Virus record (IMG/VR): IMGVR_UViG_3300045988_020170
DNA: 40,706 nucleotides
Direction: 5' to 3' (one strand)
From: a virus
Position 1 is the first letter of the stretch; each line of letters begins with the position of its first letter. The notes beneath the pieces are model-generated. The model did no database searches. It saw only the letters and a program-made list of their open reading frames with translations, and was not told the DNA's origin. Shown in pieces: positions 39,909-40,706 of the stretch. The translations under genes were made by a program, and so were the position numbers.

Positions 39909-40706
39909 TGAAGATCACAAAGGAACTTTTGAAGGAGAAAGGAGCGTGTGCCGCTGGCTATCGTGACTTTTTGAAGGAATATCCGGTGGACAAGTATCCG
40001 GACGGCGTGGAGTATCAGGAACTTTTGGATTGCTGTGCGGAAAAGAATTTTAGCTACGGCTCGTGGCTGCTGGGCGCGTTCGGGAAAACGGATGAAGTCC
40101 GCAAAATCGACGGGGATTTGATCGTCGAGAAAGGCATCATCTTTGCCGGACAGCTGGAAGCCAAAGGCTGCATCAAGGCTGGCTGGGGCATCGAGGCTGG
40201 CTATGGCATCAAGGCTGGCGATGGCATCGAGGCTGGCGATGGCATCGAGGCTGGCGATGGCATCAAGGCTGGCTATGGCATCAAGGCTGGCTATGGCATC
40301 AAGGCTGGCGATGGCATCAAGGCTGGCTGGGGCATCGAGGCTGGCTATGGCATCAAGGCTGGCGATGGCATCAAGGCTGGCTGGGGCATCGAGGCTGGAG
40401 GTGGCATCGAGGCTAGAGGTGTCAATGCTGGCAATGGCATCGAGGTTGGCGGTGGCATCAAGGCTCGCTATGGCATCAAGGCTTGCTATGGCATCAAGGC
40501 TCGCTATGGCATCGAGGCTGGCGATGGCATCGAGGCTGGCGATGGCATCGAGGCTGGCTATGGCATCAAGGCTCGCTATGGCATCGAGGCTGGCTGGGGC
40601 ATCGAGGCTGGCGATGGAATCGAGGCTGGCTGTGAATATGGCATTTATGCCGGTTTGCGCTGCCGTATCACGAATAAAACTCAACGCAAGATCATCGCAA
40701 AAAAAC
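39908..40706 (+). CDS. Hexapeptide tandem-repeat protein (3' end continues at 100..158 after removing the 99-bp overlap; about 285 aa in total)
   Basis: ATG overlaps the previous stop (TAATG). MKITKELLKEKGACAAGYRDFLKEYP..., then about 26 repeats of G-I-[KE]-A-[GRC]-[DYWG]. There is no stop before the contig end, so it is absent from the ORF track. Confidence 0.65.
   Translation, partial: MKITKELLKEKGACAAGYRDFLKEYPVDKYPDGVEYQELLDCCAEKNFSYGSWLLGAFGKTDEVRKIDGDLIVEKGIIFAGQLEAKGCIKAGWGIEAGYGIKAGDGIEAGDGIEAGDGIKAGYGIKAGYGIKAGDGIKAGWGIEAGYGIKAGDGIKAGWGIEAGGGIEARGVNAGNGIEVGGGIKARYGIKACYGIKARYGIEAGDGIEAGDGIEAGYGIKARYGIEAGWGIEAGDGIEAGCEYGIYAGLRCRITNKTQRKIIAKK
40166..40633 (+). repeat. Tandem array of about 26 x 18 bp (ggcatcRaggctggcNNN), with one 15-bp unit
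   Basis: Units were enumerated by hand. The period is exactly one hexapeptide. Confidence 0.9.

Larger units (their letters stand above)
1..40706 (+). mobile_element. Complete temperate siphovirus-type phage genome (circular or circularly permuted form)
   Basis: Full packaging, head, tail, lysis, integrase/attP, immunity, recombination and replication modules in canonical order. The two contig ends share an identical 99-bp overlap. Confidence 0.85.

Noticed and set aside
40166-40633. CRISPR array?
   Set aside because: The repeats are contiguous 18-mers with no spacers, lie in frame within a CDS, and no cas genes are present.
39689-40684. 331-aa minus-strand ORF (ASLDAIASLDA...) listed in the ORF track
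   Set aside because: It is the antisense reading of the 18-bp repeat array. It starts inside the upstream + strand gene with no RBS. The + strand frame has a coupled TAATG start, a sensible N-terminal domain and the same orientation as all its neighbours.

Overview
This window is a complete temperate, siphovirus-type dsDNA phage genome with Clostridia/Firmicutes-like gene content. It was assembled as a circle: bases 1..99 are identical to 40608..40706, so the unique length is 40607 bp. Nearly all genes sit on the + strand in tightly packed operons, many with ATGA or TAATG overlaps.

Order along the window:
- 0.1-3.1 kb: small zinc-ribbon and regulatory genes, a divergent ThyX-like gene and a sigma-region-4-like activator.
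- 3.3-10.6 kb: ParB-domain/DNA-methyltransferase fusion, TerS, TerL, portal, Mu-F-like protein, scaffold, major capsid.
- 10.6-23.6 kb: connectors, major tail protein, chaperones, tape measure, tail-tip/fibre/receptor-binding genes.
- 23.6-25.3 kb: lysis cassette.
- 25.7-28.5 kb: accessory island.
- 28.46-28.73 kb: attP built on the 3' end of a tRNA, flanked by 12-bp arm repeats.
- 28.7-31.9 kb: minus-strand lysogeny module (tyrosine integrase, membrane-anchored XRE protein, zinc-ribbon membrane protein, CI-like repressor).
- 32.1-38.9 kb: Cro-like switch, then recombination/replication genes (Sak3/DUF1071-like annealing protein, YqaJ-like exonuclease, NinB-like, HNH, SSB, DUF1376, RusA, PAPS-reductase-like).
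- 39.9 kb to the junction: a gene made of 26 x 18-bp tandem repeats. It has no stop in the window and is missing from the ORF track.

Most worth following up:
1. The accessory island. It holds an AT-rich DUF3800-like single-gene moron. Next to it is a consensus promoter that runs straight into two tandem intrinsic terminators and phased direct repeats, upstream of a three-gene operon of unknown function.
2. The hexapeptide-repeat gene at the junction.
3. The ThyX-like protein with a degenerate RHR motif.
4. A consensus promoter plus small ORF convergent with the repressor gene.

No rRNA, intact tRNA, CRISPR array, transposase or reverse transcriptase was seen. All family assignments come from motif recognition by eye. 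No database search or computation was run, and composition statements are visual estimates.
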